Shown here piece after piece: positions 55,493 through 63,247 of a DNA stretch of 64,000 nucleotides; position 1 is the stretch's first letter, and the number at the start of each line of letters is the position of its first letter. The notes under the pieces are model-generated. The model was not told the origin of the DNA and did not search any database. It saw nothing but the letters and a program-made list of their open reading frames with translations. Made by a program: the position numbers and the translations under genes. Origin of the DNA: a virus (taxonomy: Duplodnaviria; Caudoviricetes). The DNA is taken from the IMG/VR virus record IMGVR_UViG_3300021431_000118, positions 5,530 through 69,529 of that record. One strand, 5' to 3'.

Positions 55493-58480
55493 ATGAGTTA
55501 TGAAAAACAAACATGGGTTTCGGGTGAGCCTGTTGCGAGCGCGAAGCTCAATCATATGGAGGAAGGGATCCAGCGGGCGATGGAGTTCGGCGTTCAGTCT
55601 GACTGGAACGAGAACGATCCGACGTCGGCGGCATACATCCAGAATAGGATTTGCTATGAGGAAACGACGTCTGAAATACTGTATTCCGGTAGCCAGGCGC
55701 GGTCAACATTGCAGGGGGAGCTCGGTGCTTGTTCTGCACTGACATGTACACTACAGGACACAATAACAATGACAACGGCAGACGTGCTCGAAATTACAAT
55801 TGGAGAAAAAACATTCAGTAACATCGCTCTATCTATTGCTTATAACGACTCTCTTTGGAATTTCGAGCCAAGAATTGGCGGCAAGCTGGATGCGTACGAA
55901 CGTGATGGGATTATTGTTATATTCAAAAAAGAAGCACAGCCGCAGCGTTTTGAGCTTGAATTGAAAGTAGACGATGACCCGGGCGGAGACGGCGTTACAA
56001 TTAAGCGTATTTTTGGCAGCACCGTCCACAAGATCCCGTCGAAGTTTCTCGACATTCCTGACGGCGTTGTGGTTGCCGGCGAAGGTACCGGGTCTACCGT
56101 TCAGGGACTAATCGGTAACGTTAACCCAGCAAACAACAATCAGGCAACCGGCGATTATGCGCATGTCGAAGGCGGTGATGTTTACACAAACTCCCAAACG
56201 AGTGAAAAGACGTATTATCCGAATACCGCATCTGGGGTAGCGTCTCACGCCGAAGGCAGTTACACAACTGCCAGCGGCATTCATTCTCACGCCGAAGGCG
56301 CCAGTACAACTGCCAGCGGCGGTCAGTCCCACGCCGAAGGGGTACAAACAACCGCCAGCGGCACTCAGTCTCACGCCGAAGGTTACTGCACAACCGCCAG
56401 CAACTACCAATCTCACGCTGAAGGTGCCAGCACAACCGCCAGCGGCGAGGCGTCTCACGCCGAAGGGCAGAACACAACCGCCAGCGACCAAGCTTCTCAC
56501 GCAGAAGGCGACCACACAACCGCCAGCGGCAGTCAGTCCCACGCAGAAGGTAGCAGCACAACCGCCAGCGGCACTCAGTCTCACGCCGAAGGCTATGGCG
56601 GGACATACACTCTCAACGGCACTACCTACACAAGCGGCGCTATCGGAATGGCTGACCACACGGAAGGTTATCAGACGTTGACAGCAAGCGGCCAGCCGGG
56701 CAACCACGCTGAAGGTTATCAGACGCGGGCAACAGGTGGAGCGGCTCATGCAGAGGGTTCCGCGACACACGCAAGCGGATCACAATCTCACGCTGAAGGA
56801 AACAGCACGACTGCAAGTGGTTCTATTTCTCACGCTGAAGGCGTCAACACAACCGCCAGCGGCAATCAATCACACGCCGAAGGTGCCGGCACAACCGCCA
56901 GCGGTGTGAACTCTCACGCTGAAGGATCTGGCGGTACATTTACAATACAGGATACGACCTATACAAGCGGCGCAACCTCTTCCTGTGCACATTCTGAGGG
57001 TTATCAAACACTCGCGGGAAATGACAATGCTCATGCAGAGGGATATCATACTTTAGCCAGCGGTCAGGACTCTCACGCGGAAGGTGCGGCAACAATCGCC
57101 AGCGGATCAAATTCTCACGCGGAAGGTGCGAGCACAACCGCAAGCGGATCAACTTCTCACGCGGAAGGTGCGAGCACAATCGCCAGCGTGGCTCAGTCAC
57201 ACGCAGAAGGTTACTACACAACCGCCAGCGGCTACCAATCTCACGCCGAAGGTACACACACGACTGCCAGCGGTCAAGCATCTCACGCCGAAGGCTGCCA
57301 AACGATTTCCAATCACGCCTCTCAGCATGTCTTCGGTGAATACAATATAGCTGATCCTTCTACTGCGGCAGCAGATCAACGTGGTACGTACGTTGAGATC
57401 GTTGGTAACGGAACGTATGATTCCCGCTCCAACGCCCGCACCCTCGATTGGTCGGGCAACGAGGTTCTCGCAGGAAAGCTTACCGTTGGCGCAGCACCTA
57501 CCGCAGATATGGACGTTGCTACGAAGAAGTATGTGGATGACAACGCAGGAGGAGCGAGTGTTGTTATTGCCGGGGAAGGCGTCGGGTCGACAAAACAGGG
57601 ACTGGTTGAACCGGATGTTAACCATCCGGAAGTTGATTGGACTAATATAACATTTAACACGGCATCAGGGAACTATGCTCATGTTGAAGGCGGGCGGGCA
57701 AATTATTATTATGACGAGGATACAGGCACCACAGATGCGAATATTCTGAGTAATACAGCATCAGGTGTTGGGTCTCATGCTGAAGGTAGCGGCACTACCG
57801 CAAGTGCCAATGAATCCCATGCAGAAGGTGCCGGCACCACAGCAAGCGGTCATCAATCTCACGCTGAAGGTCAGAGTACAACCGCCAGCGGTCAAGCATC
57901 TCACGCCGAAGGCTACCAAACCACCGCCAGAGGCGAAAACTCTCATGCTGAGGGTAGTAGTACGGAAGCTAATGAGACTGATTCTCACGCAGAAGGTTCA
58001 GGTTCTATTGCCTCCGGTAGTGCTGCCCACGCTGAAGGAGATTATACAACCGCCAGCGGTAATGATTCTCACGCCGAAGGCGCCAGTACAACCGCCAGCG
58101 GAAATTGCTCCCATGCGGAAGGCTACGGCACAACCGCAAGCAGCGCCGGTTCACACGCTGAAGGCGAGGAGACCATCGCCAGCGGCGAGCAGTCGCATGC
58201 GGAGGGCTACGGTACAACCGCCAATGGTGCCCAACAGCATGTTTTTGGCAAGTACAACGTTGTGGACAGTTCCGTATCGTCTCAAAATCTGAATGGCACC
58301 TACGTCGAAATCGTTGGAAACGGCACCGACAGCGCTCGTTCCAACGCACGTACCCTCGACTGGAACGGAAATGAGGTTCTCGCAGGTGGTCTGACCGTCG
58401 GAGCTGCCGGTATCACCATCGGGAGCACGACGATCACGGAAGCGCAGTTGACGGCATTGCTGGCGATGCTGAACGCGTAA
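55493..58480 (+). CDS. YadA-head-like (SHAEG repeat) fibre protein 3
   Basis: Same modules as fibre 2, with two head blocks. Confidence 0.8.
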   Translation: MSYEKQTWVSGEPVASAKLNHMEEGIQRAMEFGVQSDWNENDPTSAAYIQNRICYEETTSEILYSGSQARSTLQGELGACSALTCTLQDTITMTTADVLEITIGEKTFSNIALSIAYNDSLWNFEPRIGGKLDAYERDGIIVIFKKEAQPQRFELELKVDDDPGGDGVTIKRIFGSTVHKIPSKFLDIPDGVVVAGEGTGSTVQGLIGNVNPANNNQATGDYAHVEGGDVYTNSQTSEKTYYPNTASGVASHAEGSYTTASGIHSHAEGASTTASGGQSHAEGVQTTASGTQSHAEGYCTTASNYQSHAEGASTTASGEASHAEGQNTTASDQASHAEGDHTTASGSQSHAEGSSTTASGTQSHAEGYGGTYTLNGTTYTSGAIGMADHTEGYQTLTASGQPGNHAEGYQTRATGGAAHAEGSATHASGSQSHAEGNSTTASGSISHAEGVNTTASGNQSHAEGAGTTASGVNSHAEGSGGTFTIQDTTYTSGATSSCAHSEGYQTLAGNDNAHAEGYHTLASGQDSHAEGAATIASGSNSHAEGASTTASGSTSHAEGASTIASVAQSHAEGYYTTASGYQSHAEGTHTTASGQASHAEGCQTISNHASQHVFGEYNIADPSTAAADQRGTYVEIVGNGTYDSRSNARTLDWSGNEVLAGKLTVGAAPTADMDVATKKYVDDNAGGASVVIAGEGVGSTKQGLVEPDVNHPEVDWTNITFNTASGNYAHVEGGRANYYYDEDTGTTDANILSNTASGVGSHAEGSGTTASANESHAEGAGTTASGHQSHAEGQSTTASGQASHAEGYQTTARGENSHAEGSSTEANETDSHAEGSGSIASGSAAHAEGDYTTASGNDSHAEGASTTASGNCSHAEGYGTTASSAGSHAEGEETIASGEQSHAEGYGTTANGAQQHVFGKYNVVDSSVSSQNLNGTYVEIVGNGTDSARSNARTLDWNGNEVLAGGLTVGAAGITIGSTTITEAQLTALLAMLNA

Positions 58481-58552
58481 AGCAAATATTGAATTGACAG
58501 GCCTCCGGTGTAACAGCCGGAGGTCGATTACATCTACAAGGGGGTGTAATGA

Positions 58553-59689
58553 GTGACGAAGAACGAAGCTATTGAAATGGTACTGAACACGGCACGCAAT
58601 GAAATCGGGTATCACGAAAAGGCAAGCAACTCTAACCTCGACAGCAAGACTGCGAACAGCGGGTCCGGGAACTGGACGAAGTACGCACGTGATCTTAACA
58701 ATACCTCTACCCTGAATGGGGACAAAAATAGTTTTCCATGGTGCGCTGTGTTCTGCATCTGGGACTTTACCAAAGTATTCGGAGAAGAAACAGCACGTCA
58801 GCTTCTCTGCCTTCCGCAGTACAGCTCCGGAGCCGGCTGCCTTTATGAAGTGCAGTACTATAAGCAAGCCGGTCAGTGGCGCACTGACCCTGAGCCTGGC
58901 GATCAAATCTTCTTTTCATATTCAGCCGGCGAAGTCAGCCACACCGGTATCGTAGAGTCCGTCGCCAACGGCATGGTCAACACGATCGAGGGCAACACCT
59001 CCGACATGGTAGCACGCAGACGCTATCCCCTGTCGAGCGGCTCTATCGTTGGATACGGCAGGCCGAGATGGGAAGTTGTGGCTGATCTCGACGCCGGCAG
59101 CATCGCGGCTCCCGTTGTGGAGGAACCAGCTGCTTCCATCCCCACGGCGGAAGAGAACGCCCAGATCCTTGTGAAGGGGTGCAAGGGCGAGAACGTGCGG
59201 AAGCTCCAGGAAGACCTGATCAAGCTGGGGTACGACGTCGGTGTATGGGGCGCGGACGGAGACTTCGGTACGGCAACGTATTATGCTGTCAAGAAGTATC
59301 AGCAGGATCATGATCTGGATGTGGACGGCGATGTCGGCCCGCTCACAAAGGCGTCCATGAAGGTCGCACTGGCGGCTCTGGGTGCACTGGACGCCGCCGA
59401 CGCAGAGACAGAGAATCTCATCGCGGGAATCCAGGTCGCGGAAGCGGACAAGCCTGCGGTTCACACAGCGGCTGCACAGTATCGCATCGGGGATGTCGTG
59501 ATGTTCGCAGGCAACGCGCATTACTTCAGCCCGGCGGCAAAGCTCGGACTTGCATGCAGGCCGGGCAAGGCGATCGTCCGCGCGGTCAAGGATGGCGCGA
59601 AGCATCCGTACCGGCTGATGGCTGTGCGCGGAGGAGGTTCCACGGTGAACGGCTGGGTTGACGCCGGCACTGTACAGGCGGTGAGTTAA
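58553..59689 (+). CDS. Endolysin: CHAP/NlpC-P60 domain, PG-binding domain and C-terminal cell-wall-binding domain
   Basis: PWCAVF (Cys), SHTGIV (His), IEGNTS, V..LQ..L..LGY..DG.FG..T..AV..YQ....L.VDG.VG. Confidence 0.92.
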   Translation: MTKNEAIEMVLNTARNEIGYHEKASNSNLDSKTANSGSGNWTKYARDLNNTSTLNGDKNSFPWCAVFCIWDFTKVFGEETARQLLCLPQYSSGAGCLYEVQYYKQAGQWRTDPEPGDQIFFSYSAGEVSHTGIVESVANGMVNTIEGNTSDMVARRRYPLSSGSIVGYGRPRWEVVADLDAGSIAAPVVEEPAASIPTAEENAQILVKGCKGENVRKLQEDLIKLGYDVGVWGADGDFGTATYYAVKKYQQDHDLDVDGDVGPLTKASMKVALAALGALDAADAETENLIAGIQVAEADKPAVHTAAAQYRIGDVVMFAGNAHYFSPAAKLGLACRPGKAIVRAVKDGAKHPYRLMAVRGGGSTVNGWVDAGTVQAVS

Positions 59690-59691
59690 AG

Positions 59692-60015
59692 GTGAAGAAG
59701 ACTCCAAAGAAGCGCAGAGAGTTCTCGAAGATCATGGCGATCATCGCGATCACCATGTGGATCTTCGTGAATCTTTTCGGAATGGCGATGGTAATCTTTA
59801 CACTGGATACATCGCCGCTGATGTATGTGATCCCGAGCGTAGACGCCGTGGTGGCGATTGTGCTGGGGCACTATTACTGGAAGGCTAAGGCTGAAAACCA
59901 GATCAAGCTGAAGAAGCTGTATGACACGGAAGTCGGCTGTGAGCCGGATGAAGAGATGTACACAAGGTCTGCGACGAACGACAGGCCACTGTACGAGAAT
60001 TCAAATATTGTGTAA
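59692..60015 (+). CDS. Two-TM membrane protein (holin-like)
   Basis: Two hydrophobic segments; lysis cassette position. Confidence 0.6.
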   Translation: MKKTPKKRREFSKIMAIIAITMWIFVNLFGMAMVIFTLDTSPLMYVIPSVDAVVAIVLGHYYWKAKAENQIKLKKLYDTEVGCEPDEEMYTRSATNDRPLYENSNIV

Positions 60016-60030
60016 AAAAGGAGAATCGTT

Positions 60031-60333
60031 ATGGTTATTGACATGACACAGGTAATCGTTGCGCTGATCGGTCTGATCGGCGTGCTGCTGTCCACTGTAC
60101 TCATCCCCTACGTCAAGGCGAAGACCACAAAGGAGAAGTGGGATAACGCCATGTTCTGGGTAAAGCTCGCCGTGCAGAGCGCCGAGCAGATTTACGCCGA
60201 GCAGGGTATGGGAGAAAAGAAGAAGGCGTATGTCGAGAAGTTCCTGGCTGAGCATAACATCAAGCTCGATGCGGAGCAGATCGACGTGGCGATTGAAGCC
60301 GCCGTTCTTCAGCTGCAGGAAGCCGTTGCCTGA
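60031..60333 (+). CDS. Holin (LL-H-like)
   Basis: One N-terminal TM, then AVQSAEQ...G..KK.YV..FL...QID.AIEAAV. Confidence 0.8.
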   Translation: MVIDMTQVIVALIGLIGVLLSTVLIPYVKAKTTKEKWDNAMFWVKLAVQSAEQIYAEQGMGEKKKAYVEKFLAEHNIKLDAEQIDVAIEAAVLQLQEAVA

Positions 60334-60357
60334 TCTTTCTGAAAGGAGGTTTGCATC

Positions 60358-60819
60358 ATGGATGTTCTCATGAATGCAACCATCGGGCAGCTTGTTGGCG
60401 GCGGTCTCGGGATCGTCGCCATCCTGTCTATATTTATTGAGTTCACGCCGATCAAGCTTAATCCGGTATCCGCGATCCTGAACTGGATCGGGAGACGCAC
60501 CAACCGGGAATTATTTTCGAAGATGGATGAACTCGAACGGCAAGTGAATATTATTGGAGATAATCAGAAGAAGCTGGAAGATCAGGCCGAGGAACGGGAC
60601 GCGATCAACTGCCGTATCAGGATCCTCGGATTTGCGGACGAACTGCGGACGCATACGAAGCACTCACAGGAAAGTTTTGAGCAGGTGCTGGAGGATATCG
60701 ACGTGTACGAGAAATACTGCGACAGTCATCCGGAATTCAAGAACAACAGGACTGTGAGAGCGAAAGAGAGAATCAAAACAACCTACGACAGATGTATGGC
60801 GCAGGACGATTTCCTGTAA
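60358..60819 (+). CDS. Membrane-anchored holin/antiholin-like protein
   Basis: N-terminal TM, coiled coil, R.RIL.FADE..H..E.F..Y..YC..HP.FKNN. Confidence 0.6.
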   Translation: MDVLMNATIGQLVGGGLGIVAILSIFIEFTPIKLNPVSAILNWIGRRTNRELFSKMDELERQVNIIGDNQKKLEDQAEERDAINCRIRILGFADELRTHTKHSQESFEQVLEDIDVYEKYCDSHPEFKNNRTVRAKERIKTTYDRCMAQDDFL

Positions 60820-60837
60820 GATATGGAGGGACTGTAA

Positions 60838-61092
60838 ATGTACAGAATCATGCTGGTGAAATCGAAAAGGGATAACAACGCCTCCCTTTATCAGTGGCTG
60901 CTGACGGAGCAGACCTCTGAGACAGACGGCGGGACCGTCACGGAAAAAGTCCCGATGGAGTTTGAGACCGAGGTAGAACTCGACGAACAGGTCGAGCGCA
61001 TGCTGAACGAGGAAGACTATGCGAAATCTGATTTCATCGTGGTCAAGTACGTCGATTACAGAATCGACGCCACGGATTACGACATCACCTGA
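60838..61092 (+). CDS. Acidic hypothetical protein
   Basis: SD GGAGGG; last gene of the + strand operon. Confidence 0.75.
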   Translation: MYRIMLVKSKRDNNASLYQWLLTEQTSETDGGTVTEKVPMEFETEVELDEQVERMLNEEDYAKSDFIVVKYVDYRIDATDYDIT

Positions 61093-61100
61093 TACTATGT

Positions 61101-61132
61101 AAGGCACTCTTGAGCGAGTGCCTTATTTTTTT
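61101..61132 (+). terminator. Intrinsic terminator of the late operon
   Basis: AAGGCACTC-TTGAGC-GAGTGCCTT then A and T7. Confidence 0.85.
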
Positions 61133-61197
61133 AGCGCTGTGCCGGCAGGGCTCAACGCTGCTGCGTTTTGTGCGTCTGGAGGTATCAGCGGAAGGGT

Positions 61198-61244
61198 AAA
61201 AAAAAGACCCCGTAGAACGCTTCAGATTGCGTTATACGAGGTCT
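61198..61244 (-). terminator. Intrinsic terminator downstream of the integrase
   Basis: Bulged stem AGACC-CGTA-AACGC/GCGTT-TACG-GGTCT preceded by A8 on + (U8 on -). Confidence 0.6.
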
Positions 61245-61366
61245 GAGTTATATTCACAGCTTAACGGTGAATAAGCATTTTAACTTTATCGAAGTTAATA
61301 TACAGAATTTAAGTTAGCGTTTATTTTATTAAACATTAATGCCTGTTTTGTTTGTAATAATTGACA

Positions 61367-62557
61367 TTACGCCAGAATGTCCGGGATTGTATCCAGCGCC
61401 TTTGCCTTCTGCTCTCGCATGACATGGATGTATGTGTTGTAGGTGATGGAGACGTCTGCGTGTCCGAGGAGGGAGCTCACGGTCTTGATGTCAATACCGT
61501 TTGAGAGCAGCAGTGTGGCGAAGGTGTGACGCAGAGCGTGGACGCCGTAAATCTTGTCTTCCGGCAACCCTGTCGCTACAGCGATACGGCGGAACATCTG
61601 ATCGAGCTGGCGCGGCTTGACCTGGGTATGCTCGGAGGTTGTCATGACATAAGTCTCGTTACCGGTTACTTGATAAATATCAAGGAGTGCGGCGTAGGCG
61701 TTGTCGTTCAGAGGAATGGTGCGATCCTGCCCGGCGTCGGACTTGACGGTCTCCTGCTCCAGGAGCTTGTAGCCTTTGTCCTTGTCACGGTCGCGGACGA
61801 AGACGATGTTGTTATGGACTTTCAATGTCCGGTTTTCAAAGTCAATATCCGTTCCCCATTTCAGGGCGAGCAGCTCGCCCATGCGGAGGCCGGTATTTAT
61901 CAGGAGCGGAACGAAGGCGCCGAGGGGATAGCGGCGCTTGCCATTGCCCCATTTGCTGTAGGCCTGGGTAATCAGAGCGGTGGCCTCGTCTTTGGTGTAG
62001 AACGGAATCTGCTTCTGTGCGAAGAGCTTGCGGCTGGGGACGATAACATTTGCAGCCGGGTTCTTCTTTACTTTGGGAGGCTCACAGCGGAGTCCCCATT
62101 TGAACGCGGCATTTACCGCATCATACGCTTTCTTAATCGTGGAGTAAGATTTGCCTTCATCTTTCAGCTTTGCAAGCATCTGTTGTATGTCGTCGCTCGT
62201 GACGGTGGAAAGTTGAATTTCGCCGAGAGATGGTTTGACATACAGGCTAATGGTCTGTTCAAGTCGGTCATAGCTTTTTGGTTTAAGCTCAAGAATTTTG
62301 ACAGTTGTCATCCAGAGATCAAGATATGCCGCGAAGCTCTCTTTGTTGACGTACACATACTCAGTCTTAACTGATTCCAGGTAAATCTCTTTCAGTCTCT
62401 TATGGGCTTCCGGCTCGGATTTGCAATAGACAACTTTGTAGTCTGGTTTGCCGTTAGGTTTCTGTCCAATCTTCAGACGCCCGACCCATCTCTGATCGGA
62501 GCTGCGGAAGTAAACAGAGCCTGTGCCGTGTTCGTGTTTCTTTTTCGCTGTCGCCAT
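61367..62557 (-). CDS. int: Phage integrase (tyrosine recombinase with arm-binding N-terminus)
   Basis: GTGSVYFR..D.RW arm domain, NTGLRMGEL, HALRHTFAT, LLGH...ITYNTY. Confidence 0.95.
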   Translation of the reverse strand: MATAKKKHEHGTGSVYFRSSDQRWVGRLKIGQKPNGKPDYKVVYCKSEPEAHKRLKEIYLESVKTEYVYVNKESFAAYLDLWMTTVKILELKPKSYDRLEQTISLYVKPSLGEIQLSTVTSDDIQQMLAKLKDEGKSYSTIKKAYDAVNAAFKWGLRCEPPKVKKNPAANVIVPSRKLFAQKQIPFYTKDEATALITQAYSKWGNGKRRYPLGAFVPLLINTGLRMGELLALKWGTDIDFENRTLKVHNNIVFVRDRDKDKGYKLLEQETVKSDAGQDRTIPLNDNAYAALLDIYQVTGNETYVMTTSEHTQVKPRQLDQMFRRIAVATGLPEDKIYGVHALRHTFATLLLSNGIDIKTVSSLLGHADVSITYNTYIHVMREQKAKALDTIPDILA

Positions 62558-62651
62558 AATTTAACCTCCTTGCATATGTAGCATATTCGGGCGGTAAATG
62601 TAGCAAAGTGAGAGTGTTAATTTTGCAAAACTTGTTCACATTTGAATATAA

Positions 62652-62680
62652 ATTATAGCGACATTTTTTGGAAACGTCAA
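62652..62680 (-). promoter_or_regulatory. sigmaA/sigma70 promoter of the integrase
   Basis: On the - strand: TTGACG-17 nt-TATAAT. Confidence 0.85.
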
Positions 62681-62711
62681 TATATACGGAAAAAGTTTGT
62701 GCAATTAGAAC

Positions 62712-62742
62712 AAAAAATCCCACCCGAAACGGGTGGGATTTT
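62712..62742 (-). terminator. Terminator after the tRNA 3' half
   Basis: 13-bp stem AAAATCCCACCCG/CGGGTGGGATTTT with a 3-nt loop; A-run on +. Confidence 0.85.
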
Positions 62743-62751
62743 AGAGATTAT

Positions 62752-62796
62752 TGGCAGGGGAAGAAGGCTTCGAACCCTCGGCCTACGGTTTTGGAG
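62752..62796 (-). tRNA. 3' half of tRNA-Trp(CCA), the attP core; not a complete tRNA
   Basis: The - strand reads CTCCAAA-ACCGT-AGGCC-GAGGG-TTCGAAG-CCTTC-TTCCCCT-G-CCA: anticodon loop, T-arm, G73 and CCA. The 5' half is absent. Confidence 0.88.
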
Positions 62797-62882
62797 CCTG
62801 AAGGCCGGTCGCTCAATTCGTCAGTAAACATTGGGCAATTCAGCGGTCATTCTCCAAAATGTAGTAAAAATGTAGCAAAAAT

Positions 62883-63065
62883 TTAAACCGTGTAGCATCT
62901 GCCAGTGTAGCGATTCAGCCACTCGTCGAAGCGTTCCGGTTTTACATACATCCTGCTTCCGATCTTAATGGTCGGGAATGTACTCATGTGCATCAGCTGA
63001 TAGGCGCGGTTGATTCCACAGCCTATGATAGCAGATATGTCTTTCGCTGTCAATAATCTCTGCAT
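62883..63065 (-). CDS. xis: Excisionase / HTH_17-like recombination directionality factor
   Basis: LLTAKDISAIIGCG.NRAYQLM...FPTIKIG.R.YV....FDEWL, next to attP. Confidence 0.82.
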   Translation of the reverse strand: MQRLLTAKDISAIIGCGINRAYQLMHMSTFPTIKIGSRMYVKPERFDEWLNRYTGRCYTV

Positions 63066-63077
63066 AGCATCACCCCG

Positions 63078-63242
63078 TTACACGATGCACAGGCAGGTTA
63101 TGACGGGGCAGTCGGGATTGGCGGGGTCGCCGTCATAGTATTCATGGTTGACGTACATCACGAAGTCCTTGCTGTAGTCAACGGTTACGGTCAGCTCCTG
63201 CGGATACTGCCGCAGCTTCTCAATGAATTCCGCTACTGTCAT
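63078..63242 (-). CDS. 54-aa hypothetical protein missing from the ORF track
   Basis: MTVAEFIEKLRQYPQELTVTV...; fills the gap between the ligase and xis; SD GGGAG. Confidence 0.65.
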   Translation of the reverse strand: MTVAEFIEKLRQYPQELTVTVDYSKDFVMYVNHEYYDGDPANPDCPVITCLCIV

Positions 63243-63247
63243 AGACG

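Larger units (their letters stand above)
62576..62912. other. attP region with putative integrase arm-type sites (TGTAG[C/T]A)
   Basis: ATGTAGCA 62576, AATGTAGCAAA 62597, AATGTAGTAAA 62858, AATGTAGCAAA 62869, GTGTAGCA 62890, GTGTAGCG 62905, flanking the tRNA core. Confidence 0.7.

Noticed and set aside
47005-58480. Canonical cell-wall-anchored or autotransporter adhesins for lysogenic conversion
   Set aside because: No signal peptides, no LPxTG-TM-basic tail and no beta-barrel anchor are visible
29899-58480. Invertible shufflon driven by one of the recombinases
   Set aside because: All fibre modules are on the + strand. I saw no reversed cassettes or flanking inverted recombination sites.
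58494-58525. Promoter at TTGACA before the endolysin
   Set aside because: No -10 element at 16-18 nt spacing
62752-62830. Functional full-length tRNA-Trp
   Set aside because: There is no 5' anticodon stem strand, D-arm or 5' acceptor strand; only the att-core half is present
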